From contig NZ_UYZZ01000003.1 in assembly GCF_900626095.1 (NCBI RefSeq), positions 162,889 to 202,888 on the forward strand: a DNA stretch of 40,000 nucleotides. The letters run 5' to 3'. The notes under the pieces were generated by a model that did no database searches, was not told the DNA's origin, and saw nothing but the letters and a program-made list of their open reading frames with translations. The DNA comes from Clostridium rectalis. Lineage in GTDB: Bacteria; Bacillota; Clostridia; Clostridiales; Clostridiaceae. Shown piece after piece: positions 16,965-25,177 of this stretch (position 1 is its first letter; each line of letters starts with the position of its first letter). The position numbers and the translations under genes are program-made.

Positions 16965-17570
16965 TTATTGATTTACTCCAGCCTGAGTCATTAATTGTTT
17001 GGCCTGTTCTGGATTTTCTTTAAATATTTTACCTTGCTCTGTTAAGTTAAAAGAATCCTTTTTCCATGGATTATAACCCTGTGGTGTTTTACTTCCATCT
17101 GTTGGTTCTACTCCTGAAAATTTAGGTTTTTGTTCTTCCGTAAATAAATAGCTATCACTTTTTTGTAATGCTTCTATTTGCTCTTTAAGTCCTAAAATAT
17201 TCTCACCATCTAACTTAACATTTTCTAAATTCAAAAGAGCTTTAACGGCCTTTGTATTTCTTACATTGGCACCTTTTAAAGCTCCTTCTAATGCATAATT
17301 AAATTGCATATCTTGTATTTGTTTTTCATATTCCTTAACCTTAGTTTCATACTCTCCTACCTTAATTTGTAGGGATTCATTATCTCCATTGCTTTTCTTT
17401 AAATCATTGATAGTTGTATTAGCAGTTTTAAGCTGCTCATTTAATGTGTCAAATTTATCTTTAGTAACATGTTGCGAGCTATCTACTAAGTCCACATCCT
17501 TATATTTGTCTTGTAGCTCCTGTGGTATTTGAGAATATGATTCTCCTAATATTTCACTTAATTTTGGCAT
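16965..17570 (-). CDS. Scaffolding protein
   Basis: 201 aa, highly charged coiled coil (DKFDTLNEQLKTANTTINDLKK...), immediately upstream of the capsid gene. Confidence 0.75.
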   Translation of the reverse strand: MPKLSEILGESYSQIPQELQDKYKDVDLVDSSQHVTKDKFDTLNEQLKTANTTINDLKKSNGDNESLQIKVGEYETKVKEYEKQIQDMQFNYALEGALKGANVRNTKAVKALLNLENVKLDGENILGLKEQIEALQKSDSYLFTEEQKPKFSGVEPTDGSKTPQGYNPWKKDSFNLTEQGKIFKENPEQAKQLMTQAGVNQ

Positions 17571-17585
17571 AATATCATTTCCTCC

Positions 17586-17804
17586 TTAATAATTTTTATA
17601 TTTAATTACTGGACAGTTTTTAAGTTCTTCAATACAGCGTTCTAGTATAGTTGTTGCTTCGGATATTAAATAATTTTTCTCATTAAACATATTTAATATT
17701 TCTACAACTATTTCTGATTCCTCAAAATCCATATCTCCCAAACATGGAACAACATAAAGTTTATTCTTAACTTCTCTTACTTCATTTGATAATAGCTCTT
17801 TCAT
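17586..17804 (-). CDS. Hypothetical protein (72 aa), accessory
   Basis: ORF with an RBS (GAGAGGATGA). I recognise no motif. Part of the island between MuF and the scaffold gene. Confidence 0.5.
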   Translation of the reverse strand: MKELLSNEVREVKNKLYVVPCLGDMDFEESEIVVEILNMFNEKNYLISEATTILERCIEELKNCPVIKYKNY

Positions 17805-17861
17805 TTGTAATCATCCTCTCTTTGATTCTATATAAAATAAGAAAGCCTTATTTCTAAGACT

Positions 17862-18230
17862 CTAAATTTTATCTAATAATTTTTTAAACTGTTTCATTAT
17901 TTTCTCAGCCTTCTCACCTGTAAAAACTCCACCTGGTGGAATAAATGAAGCAATAAAAGATTTACGTAATGCTAAAAAAAGTTCTCCATCAGAACAACTT
18001 ATATTTGATTCTTCACCCGTTTCAATCAATCTCCAATCATTAGCCAAAATATCATCTTCACTTGATACCCAAGGTATTAATTTACCATTGTTATTCTTAT
18101 AAATATATGGTAAAGATATCTTTGACTCCAATAATGTATATTTAACCTGTATCCATGTATTTTTGTCCCAACTCTTTCTTGCAATCTTATTCCCTTCTTT
18201 TAATAATCCTAAAGCCTTTCTAATGTTCAT
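17862..18230 (-). CDS. DUF2829-family protein (Tad2-family-like candidate anti-defence sponge)
   Basis: MNIRKALGLLKEGNKIARKSWDKNTWI...LPYIY...IPWVSSEDDILANDWRLI matches the DUF2829 signature as I recall it. An extra C-terminal tail of about 45 aa is present. Confidence 0.65.
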   Translation of the reverse strand: MNIRKALGLLKEGNKIARKSWDKNTWIQVKYTLLESKISLPYIYKNNNGKLIPWVSSEDDILANDWRLIETGEESNISCSDGELFLALRKSFIASFIPPGGVFTGEKAEKIMKQFKKLLDKI

Positions 18231-18251
18231 TTATCTAACCTCACTTTCATG

Positions 18252-18290
18252 CATAATAAAAGCACCTACTATTTTTACTTAGTAAGTGCT
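18252..18290 (-). terminator. Strand-specific intrinsic terminator after the MuF/82-aa gene pair
   Basis: Minus-strand RNA AGCACUUACUA-(8 nt)-UAGUAGGUGCU (11 bp, one G.U) followed by UUUUAUUAU. On the plus strand this position is a C.A mismatch. Confidence 0.7.
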
Positions 18291-18538
18291 TATTGCATAC
18301 TTTTTATTTGCATATCTTTCCATATATTTTTTAACATTTTGTTTTGTATTTTATAATCTAGCATTTCATCCAATGTATTAAAATAAACTATATCACCATC
18401 AGGACATAAAGCAATTACACATTTTCCATTAGACCATCCTATATAATAGTCTGTTCCATAAATAGTACATTCTATATCCAATCCAATCTCTATTGAATTT
18501 TTTAACTCTTGTAAACTATCAAATTTACTATTATTCAT
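18290..18538 (-). CDS. Hypothetical 82-aa protein, candidate immunity partner of the MuF C-terminal domain
   Basis: Its start overlaps the MuF stop (TAATG), and a terminator follows. No recognisable motif. Confidence 0.5.
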   Translation of the reverse strand: MNNSKFDSLQELKNSIEIGLDIECTIYGTDYYIGWSNGKCVIALCPDGDIVYFNTLDEMLDYKIQNKMLKNIWKDMQIKSMQ

Positions 18539-20070
18539 TACTTCACCTTCTTACAAACTGATTTATTAGCTATTTTTTCAGCTTTACTTAACTCTCTAAG
18601 ATTCTTATCTCTAACAACTATATCCTCATCTTTTAAATTCCAATCATGTGAATGTGGCACAATTGGGTGTAGTTTTGAATTACCATGGTTCGTAAAATGA
18701 ATGTCTAATCTTGGTTTTCCTGTCCTACCATAGTAACGTCTAGAATCTAATACCCCATCCTTGTAATTATCAAATACACTATTAGGCTCACCTATAAATG
18801 GAACTTTATGAACACTATCATTTGTTAATTTGTTTTGAGATTTTAATTGCCAGTTAACATCCTTATAAAGATACTGTAATTCATTCCATTTGTTAACATC
18901 ATTATACTTCAAGTCTTGAAAATCAGCAAATGATTTAGGTGTCAAGTTTCCTAAAATTTCTTTATATTTTAAATACTGTTGATTATCACTAACTCTATTC
19001 TGTATTTTCTTTTCTGCTATTTCTTCCTTTGAATTTCCTTTTACATACTTGTTATACCATTGCTCATAGCTCATATTTCCATCTACATAATAAGCCTTGC
19101 CTTGGTTGTCTCTAGCAATTCTTTCTTCATCTATAGCATCATCAAAGTAAGCTATAGTAGTACTCCTACAGTTAGCATGGAATGGCGGAGCAGTAACTCC
19201 TACTTCCCATTTATTTAAATCAAAAGGTTCCTTTTTACTTGCGGCATCCATAGACCTACATATTTCACTAGTGCGGGAATCCAACGTAGCTAGTATCTGA
19301 TATTTCTTTACAACTCCACTGCCTGCATAACTATTAAAGGTAGCTTTAGAAACAATATTAGCGCTTTCAGTATTAACAAGTGTCCTTGCTCTATTTCTTG
19401 ATACTTCCATTCTATCAGCTATTATCTTAGAAGTTTTATCTATGGAATCTCCTCGTATAAAAGCCTGCGCCAAATTAGTCTGTAGCTCCATTATTAACTT
19501 TTCTTTATTCTTCCATATCCTGCTGCTGTAATTATCTCCATGCCATGGTTCCGTAATTACCTTATTTATTATATTAGTATCTAACTTTGCAAAATTAACT
19601 CCTATTCCTAAGCCTTTGTGTACCTCAAAGATATTTCTATAATAAGTATCTTCATATATTCCACTTAAAAGGTCTGTGGTATCGTCTTTCTGTTTAGTAT
19701 ACAAATCCTCTATAGCACTTCTTATTTGAGTTTGTAGAGCTTGCAAACGTGTTACTCTAACTTTATAAGATACATTGTTAAGTTCTTTTTCCCATTGTTG
19801 ATTTTTATTATTTTTAGCTTTTCGAGTAAACTCTTTTAAATCCATTTTAAACTCATTTAGCTGATTAGAATTTAAAAGTTTTCTAGCCTCTCCTAAACTT
19901 ATTTCATTATTCTGTGAAAACCTAGCATAGAATACTTCTATATCTTTTTGTATGCTGTTTAATGCTTCCTGGTACTCTAGATGTAAACTTAAGATATAAT
20001 CATCAGTCTTTTTAAATTGCCTACTTGCTACTACCTCAGAACGTTTCTTCCAGTAGTCTCTACTCTTCAT
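18538..20070 (-). CDS. Minor head protein, MuF / SPP1 gp7 family, with a C-terminal extension of about 200 aa
   Basis: The MuF core ends at PPFHANCRSTTIAYF. It is followed by the linker QQYLKYKEILGNLTPKSFADFQDLKYNDVNKWNELQ and a His-rich module GRTGKPRLDIHFTNHGNSKLHPIVPHSHDW. Confidence 0.8.
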   Translation of the reverse strand: MKSRDYWKKRSEVVASRQFKKTDDYILSLHLEYQEALNSIQKDIEVFYARFSQNNEISLGEARKLLNSNQLNEFKMDLKEFTRKAKNNKNQQWEKELNNVSYKVRVTRLQALQTQIRSAIEDLYTKQKDDTTDLLSGIYEDTYYRNIFEVHKGLGIGVNFAKLDTNIINKVITEPWHGDNYSSRIWKNKEKLIMELQTNLAQAFIRGDSIDKTSKIIADRMEVSRNRARTLVNTESANIVSKATFNSYAGSGVVKKYQILATLDSRTSEICRSMDAASKKEPFDLNKWEVGVTAPPFHANCRSTTIAYFDDAIDEERIARDNQGKAYYVDGNMSYEQWYNKYVKGNSKEEIAEKKIQNRVSDNQQYLKYKEILGNLTPKSFADFQDLKYNDVNKWNELQYLYKDVNWQLKSQNKLTNDSVHKVPFIGEPNSVFDNYKDGVLDSRRYYGRTGKPRLDIHFTNHGNSKLHPIVPHSHDWNLKDEDIVVRDKNLRELSKAEKIANKSVCKKVK

Positions 20071-21511
20071 CTAATTCACCTTCTGATGGTTCTTCTAAAG
20101 GAAAGTTTGAATATACTCTTTCACGTTCTTCTTGCTGCTTTTTAATCTTTTCTAGTTCATCCTTAGTAGCCCATGGGTGATTAGCAACTATAGTTTCATT
20201 ACTAATAATACCAACACTATTTTGACAATTGCTTATAGTATCTGATTCATTTGTAAGCATACTCTTATTAAACACAAATTCTACATTCTCATTTGTATAA
20301 TCTCCTTGACCAGTATTAATTAAATGCTGATCTACAAACCATAATAAATATTCTAGGCTTGCCTGGAACTCTGTTTCTATAGTGTCACAATCCATATCTA
20401 AATCATTATATAAGAATTTTAAGGCTATTCCTGAAGGACTGTTCCCGAACTTATCTGATTGAGTATCAACACCTCTTCCAAACTCATATATATCTTTTCT
20501 TGTCTGCTCTATATGGGTTTTATAAGCTTCAACATTAATCTCTAAGTTCCTTGTTTCAACTCCACCCTCACCGGCAACCTTAACAGCTCTGTAAAGACTT
20601 ATATTCCTTCTAAACTCTCCTAAGTTAGTTCCATCATAGTCCTTAAGCACATAAATGCTATTAGGTAAATCCTCTAAGTTATTACTATTGTCACTTTTGT
20701 TTCTGTCATAATCATCTACAAGACTTTTAACAAACTTAATCAACGGCTGCTCTTCATCATTATATTTAAAATATACAAAAGGCACTTTAGACCAGGTAAA
20801 TGATTTTATATTTCCTTTATCATCCACCATACTAAAATGCCCTGTATCTTCTAGCGCTTCTACATCAGGTATTAATTTACCATTATCATTTATATATCTT
20901 AATACCTGTTTTGTGTCCCAGTATTCAACTTTTTGCACTGTCTTTTTAGTTTTACCTTCATATACTATAATTTCATACACTCTAATAAGTGCATCTAATT
21001 TAGTATGCTCCGAATCTTTCCATAGTGGAATAATCTCTTCACTAGGTAATCTTTTAAATCGTAGTTCACCATCTGAATTATAATAAATTTGAGCCCATGC
21101 TATACCTTTATTAATTGCATCTTTACCTAAGTTCTTAATGAGCCTCATAAAAGATTTATTAAATACATCATCTAATATCTTTTTATATGTTTCATTATCT
21201 GTTTGAATAGCTAAAGGTTTTGATAATAAATACCCTGTTTTTTGGTCTGTAAGCTTTCTAACAAATTGATGTACTAATTTATTATTAGCTAAATTCTTTA
21301 CTTCTTCTAATTCTCCATCTTCACCTATAGCCATTCTTTTACGTTTTAGTATATCAGTATCACCTTTATAATATCTTTCTCCATCTAACATTAATTGTCT
21401 TCTTTGTGATCTATTCCATTCTTTTATTTCCTCTTGGATAATTTCTTCTAAACTCATTACACTATTAGCTCCAGTAGACAATATTGACCTTATCTTATCC
21501 ATCATATACAT
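20060..21511 (-). CDS. Portal protein (SPP1 gp6-type)
   Basis: 483 aa, between terL and MuF. Acidic C-terminus. Confidence 0.8.
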   Translation of the reverse strand: MYMMDKIRSILSTGANSVMSLEEIIQEEIKEWNRSQRRQLMLDGERYYKGDTDILKRKRMAIGEDGELEEVKNLANNKLVHQFVRKLTDQKTGYLLSKPLAIQTDNETYKKILDDVFNKSFMRLIKNLGKDAINKGIAWAQIYYNSDGELRFKRLPSEEIIPLWKDSEHTKLDALIRVYEIIVYEGKTKKTVQKVEYWDTKQVLRYINDNGKLIPDVEALEDTGHFSMVDDKGNIKSFTWSKVPFVYFKYNDEEQPLIKFVKSLVDDYDRNKSDNSNNLEDLPNSIYVLKDYDGTNLGEFRRNISLYRAVKVAGEGGVETRNLEINVEAYKTHIEQTRKDIYEFGRGVDTQSDKFGNSPSGIALKFLYNDLDMDCDTIETEFQASLEYLLWFVDQHLINTGQGDYTNENVEFVFNKSMLTNESDTISNCQNSVGIISNETIVANHPWATKDELEKIKKQQEERERVYSNFPLEEPSEGELDEE

Positions 21512-21526
21512 AACTTTACCACCTCC

Positions 21527-22777
21527 TTACTCAAATGAAATTGAGCCGCCTTTCATATCCCTTTCTAAACTATACCTTAATGCATCTATTAAATGGTTAT
21601 CCTTATCTATAGGTATAGGGAGGATGTTACCATTCTTATCTTCTTTATATTTATATTTGCTTATTTCATTCTTAAAGTTTTGACATCTTGGATGAATTAT
21701 AATTTCTAATCCTTGTAAAAATTTAATTCCATATTCAATACTTCCTGGACCTTTCTTTGCTGATTTAGCATTTACCCTTAGTTTTTTAAATTCAGCTACT
21801 GATTTAGGTTCAGCACTATCACATATAACCCTATTTGAACCAGCCTTTTCTTTTACTAAAGGAGCTGATTCTTCATTCAACATTCCAACTACCTCTATTT
21901 CATCACATATATAAAGCCTTTTTCTTGTTTTATCTAAATGTGATTTTATATAAGCAAAAGGATCCTCAGCAAATCCCCAGTCTACACCATGCCTATAATT
22001 ATCAAATGTGTTTTCAATATCACTAAAATCTTGCACTTTCCAATTTTTAAATATAACAGCTCCAAGTACCCCCCAATTACCTAATGTATAAACTTCATAA
22101 TAATAAGGATCTGCTTCATTTTCTAATGCTGCTATATCATCATCAGTTAAAAACTTATTATCTTTATATGTGGTTTTAAGAATAGATACATTATCTTTTT
22201 CTACATACTGTTTATCATCTTCCCAAATATTAAAATATTCATTATATAACCAGTGATCCTTAAGTATCGGGTTAAAGCTCAATATTAATCTTTTAGTTAC
22301 TTTAGACCTTCCTCTAAGTCTTTTATCCAATTGCTTAACTGCTTTATATTCTGTTTCTGTTGCTTCCTCAACCCATATATCAGTTATTACCCCATCTATT
22401 GGAGTGATAGACTTAATTTTTTCAACATCATCTAAGCCACAAAATAGTATTTGCTTTTTATTTATCTTACAGGTAATTATCATGTCCGTTTTATTCACTT
22501 CAAAATAATCAGCCACTTCAAAATTATTTATAGCCTTTGTTATTTCATTTAAGCAACTTCTTTTAATTGTGTTTTGAACATTTCTAACTATTAAATAGTT
22601 TCTATGACCATTAAGTATATCCAATACAGTCCTTTGGGCCAAAGAAAAAGATTTACCTGAAGATGAACCCCCAAAGTAAATCTGATAACGATTGTTGTTA
22701 TTTAGTTGATGTTTTAAATATACTGGATTAAACACCTTTGAATTAATATTTAGATTAAGCGCCATATTCCTCACCAT
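21527..22777 (-). CDS. terL: Terminase large subunit (PBSX/XtmB type)
   Basis: Walker A YFGGSSSGKSFS and Walker B-like ITDIWVEEATE, with a C-terminal nuclease region. The start may be the second ATG (22765). Confidence 0.85.
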   Translation of the reverse strand: MVRNMALNLNINSKVFNPVYLKHQLNNNNRYQIYFGGSSSGKSFSLAQRTVLDILNGHRNYLIVRNVQNTIKRSCLNEITKAINNFEVADYFEVNKTDMIITCKINKKQILFCGLDDVEKIKSITPIDGVITDIWVEEATETEYKAVKQLDKRLRGRSKVTKRLILSFNPILKDHWLYNEYFNIWEDDKQYVEKDNVSILKTTYKDNKFLTDDDIAALENEADPYYYEVYTLGNWGVLGAVIFKNWKVQDFSDIENTFDNYRHGVDWGFAEDPFAYIKSHLDKTRKRLYICDEIEVVGMLNEESAPLVKEKAGSNRVICDSAEPKSVAEFKKLRVNAKSAKKGPGSIEYGIKFLQGLEIIIHPRCQNFKNEISKYKYKEDKNGNILPIPIDKDNHLIDALRYSLERDMKGGSISFE

Positions 22778-23327
22778 CTATTATTATATTAACATCATTA
22801 GATAGGCTACCATTTACCTCGACCTTATCCTTAAACATTCCTAAATGCTTACCTAATAACTCTAAAGCCTTTACTTTATCACATGAAGCTACTTCTATTC
22901 CAAACTTAGTTTGTTTAATAGCAGCTATTGCTTTCTTTTGATCCTCTGTTAGATTGTCAGTTTCTATAACTTCAACATCTTTATAAAATACTTCTTCTTC
23001 ATCTATCTTATTTCCACCTTTATCATAAATAGGTTTCATATAAGATTTTTGAACTACCTTTGCAAAATCTGAACCATTGGCAAAGGCTATTTTTGAAAGT
23101 TCTTCTAATACTTTATCTTGAGTTATTTCTGTTCTTTTCTCTCTATCTTTCATCCTTTTATTTATATAACTCTTTATGTTAGCATTTGTTAGCAATCTAC
23201 TTGAATTTGCTCTTGCTGTTTCATCCTTTTTAATATTTTTATATGCTGCCTTATATGCTCTAGTGGCATTAAGATCCACTAGATATTCATCTGCAAATAT
23301 TTTCTGTTTTGGTGTTAGTTTGGCCAA
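22755..23327 (-). CDS. terS: Terminase small subunit
   Basis: LAKLTPKQKIFADEYLVDLNATRAYKAAYKN is the classic Terminase_2 N-terminus. I place the start at TTG 23327, 8 nt after AAGGAGG. The track ORF start at 23381 adds an implausible MYNSYYILCFYYKK leader. Confidence 0.8.
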   Translation of the reverse strand: MAKLTPKQKIFADEYLVDLNATRAYKAAYKNIKKDETARANSSRLLTNANIKSYINKRMKDREKRTEITQDKVLEELSKIAFANGSDFAKVVQKSYMKPIYDKGGNKIDEEEVFYKDVEVIETDNLTEDQKKAIAAIKQTKFGIEVASCDKVKALELLGKHLGMFKDKVEVNGSLSNDVNIIIDGEEYGA

Positions 23328-23412
23328 TAATGCCACCTCCTTTTTATAATAAAAACACAATATATAGTATGAGTTATACACACTACCCTCAATACATTAT
23401 GTATAACTTGGT

Positions 23413-23622
23413 TTATTTCTGTCTTAATGCTCCTTTAATTCTCTTATAACTTCTCTGCTGCATACATTCTTTTAAATTATCTGCTATTTTTTCTTTCTTA
23501 ACTCTTCTGCTAGAACAATAAGGACACACTAAGTACCCTTTCAAAGTTTCAACTTCTTCTGTTAATAGTATAAATTCTTTCTTACAAATCTTACAAACGA
23601 AACTACTATATACACTTAGCAT
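23413..23622 (-). CDS. Small zinc-ribbon protein (CxxC...CxxC)
   Basis: CKICKKEF...CPYCSS; RBS AAAGGAG. First ORF after the leader hairpin. Confidence 0.55.
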   Translation of the reverse strand: MLSVYSSFVCKICKKEFILLTEEVETLKGYLVCPYCSSRRVKKEKIADNLKECMQQRSYKRIKGALRQK

Positions 23623-23640
23623 GTCCTCACTCCTTTAAAA

Positions 23641-23669
23641 CTAAAAGCACCCGGAATTAATCCAGATGC
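23641..23669 (-). terminator. Intrinsic terminator-like hairpin in the leader of the late operon
   Basis: Minus-strand RNA GCAUCUGG-AUUAAUU-CCGGGUGC (8 bp, two G.U) followed by UUUUAGUUUU, about 15 nt before the RBS of 23413..23622. Confidence 0.6.
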
Positions 23670-23787
23670 TTTCCCTGTAACCACCACAGTTGTAGTCCCT
23701 GCTGTAGCTCACATTTTATTTTCTATAATACTATACTAACACATTAAAAATGTTAAATGTTAAACTATGTTTAAACTAAGATTAATA

Positions 23788-24219
23788 TTAGTTTAATATT
23801 AGTGGTATTAGTTTATTTATTACCATTTTCTTTAGCCTGCAAACATGTACTTCTGTTAAATTTAATTTAGCGGCTATATCCCTACTTGTTTTCTTATCAA
23901 AATATCTCATATAAACTATACTTTTCTCTCTAGTTTCTAGTGATTCAACAGCATTATCTATCTTTTCTAACTGTATTTCTAGTCTTTCTATATAGCTAGA
24001 TATTTTACTTATTTTCTTATGTCTATTCATTACTTCATTTTCCACTGCAGAATTAAATTTATTTGTTGCTTGCGTTTTTTCCTCATAGCTTATAGCTCCA
24101 GCAGAATTATACTCATTTTCAATTTCTCTTATCTTTAATTTCAAGTTCTCAATTTCAGCTTCTGATTTTCTATAGTTGTATAGCATGGCTTCAAGCTTTC
24201 TATAATTATTTTCTCTCAT
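23788..24219 (-). CDS. ArpU/RinA-type late transcriptional regulator (sigma region-4-like HTH)
   Basis: LYNYRKSEAEIENLKLKI..., with C-terminal REKSIVYMRYFDKKTSRDIAAKLNLTEVHVCRLKKMVINKL. Last gene before the packaging module. Confidence 0.75.
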   Translation of the reverse strand: MRENNYRKLEAMLYNYRKSEAEIENLKLKIREIENEYNSAGAISYEEKTQATNKFNSAVENEVMNRHKKISKISSYIERLEIQLEKIDNAVESLETREKSIVYMRYFDKKTSRDIAAKLNLTEVHVCRLKKMVINKLIPLILN

Positions 24220-24379
24220 GTGTCCTCTCCCTTCTAGTACATATATCTAAATACTTACACATATCCTTCCAATACTGTGCTTCCTTTTTATAGGCTTCTA
24301 CAAGTTCTAAACCCTCTTTTACTAAACCTTTTAGATTTTTATATTCTTTATTTAATACGCTTAATTTCTTAGTGTTCAT
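24206..24379 (-). CDS. Small hypothetical protein (57 aa, below cutoff)
   Basis: My translation: MNTKKLSVLNKEYKNLKGLVKEGLELVEAYKKEAQYWKDMCKYLDICTRRERTHERK. GGAGG upstream; ATGA overlap with the preceding small ORF. Confidence 0.45.
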   Translation of the reverse strand: MNTKKLSVLNKEYKNLKGLVKEGLELVEAYKKEAQYWKDMCKYLDICTRRERTHERK

Positions 24380-24528
24380 TTTCCTACTACCTCCGCATCC
24401 CCTTTATTAATAGTTCCATCTTTAGTTACATAATTTCCATCCTGTACAGATTGTATTTTATAAACCTTGCCGATTTTATTTTTATACCAAGAATAACTAC
24501 TGTAGCTCATTATTATTATTTGCATCAT
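24376..24528 (-). CDS. Small hypothetical protein (50 aa, below cutoff)
   Basis: My translation: MMQIIIMSYSSYSWYKNKIGKVYKIQSVQDGNYVTKDGTINKGDAEVVGK. It starts 1 nt after the upstream stop. Confidence 0.4.
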   Translation of the reverse strand: MMQIIIMSYSSYSWYKNKIGKVYKIQSVQDGNYVTKDGTINKGDAEVVGK

Positions 24529-24529
24529 A

Positions 24530-25150
24530 TCAAGCCACCTTTAATATTTTTGTTACAGATGTCCTTCCAATAGCTGTATGCTTATTATCAAAAACTATAT
24601 TTAAAATTTCATTTCCCAAACCATATTCTCTAGTAATTTTCCCTTCTATAAGTTTCTTACCATATCTAGCTTGTATATAATCTCCTGGCTTAACTCTTGC
24701 CTGTATTTCTTTTAAATTCTCTTCTTTATCTTCTTTCACAACTTCATCTACTTCATGTTCTGCTTTTATATTTTTAAACTCTAATACCCAACCTTTTACA
24801 TTTATACTAATAACCTTATCTTCTAATATTAAAATTACGTTCTCGTCTCCCCCACGCCTTATTATCTTTGCTGTAGGATACTTTGTTTGCAACTTCTTTA
24901 ACTTGTCCTTCCGTAAGCTATTAAGCTTAATTTCTGCCACTTTACAGTGTAGCATCTTGTCCATAGGAAGTACTGTAGATTTTCTATTAAATTCGAATTC
25001 TTCTTTTCCTTCTGCATTAACGTATATTGTTTTAAAATTTTCTCTGGTTTTATATCTTTCTAAATGTGTGAACGAATCCACCTTTTCTGTTACTTTTCCA
25101 TATATTTTTGTAATTTCTATGCGTACATTCCATGTTTGCCCTCCTTTCAA
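24530..25150 (-). CDS. Hypothetical protein (206 aa)
   Basis: Long ORF in the operon orientation. No motif recognised. Confidence 0.6.
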   Translation of the reverse strand: MKGGQTWNVRIEITKIYGKVTEKVDSFTHLERYKTRENFKTIYVNAEGKEEFEFNRKSTVLPMDKMLHCKVAEIKLNSLRKDKLKKLQTKYPTAKIIRRGGDENVILILEDKVISINVKGWVLEFKNIKAEHEVDEVVKEDKEENLKEIQARVKPGDYIQARYGKKLIEGKITREYGLGNEILNIVFDNKHTAIGRTSVTKILKVA

Positions 25151-25177
25151 GGTGTATTTAAGCCCCTTATTTAAAAA

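Noticed and set aside
23328-23381. Long N-terminal extension of terS (MYNSYYILCFYYKKEVAL) given by the ORF track.
   Set aside because: AAGGAGG followed by TTG at 23327 gives the canonical Terminase_2 N-terminus. The extension is aromatic-rich, has no RBS and covers a palindromic region.
23641-23720. A locally GC-rich 80-nt stretch considered as a tRNA, tmRNA fragment or riboswitch.
   Set aside because: I could not fold a cloverleaf with an acceptor stem and T-loop (no GTTCxAxxC-type box), and I saw no conserved riboswitch core. It is better explained as leader hairpins plus a terminator.
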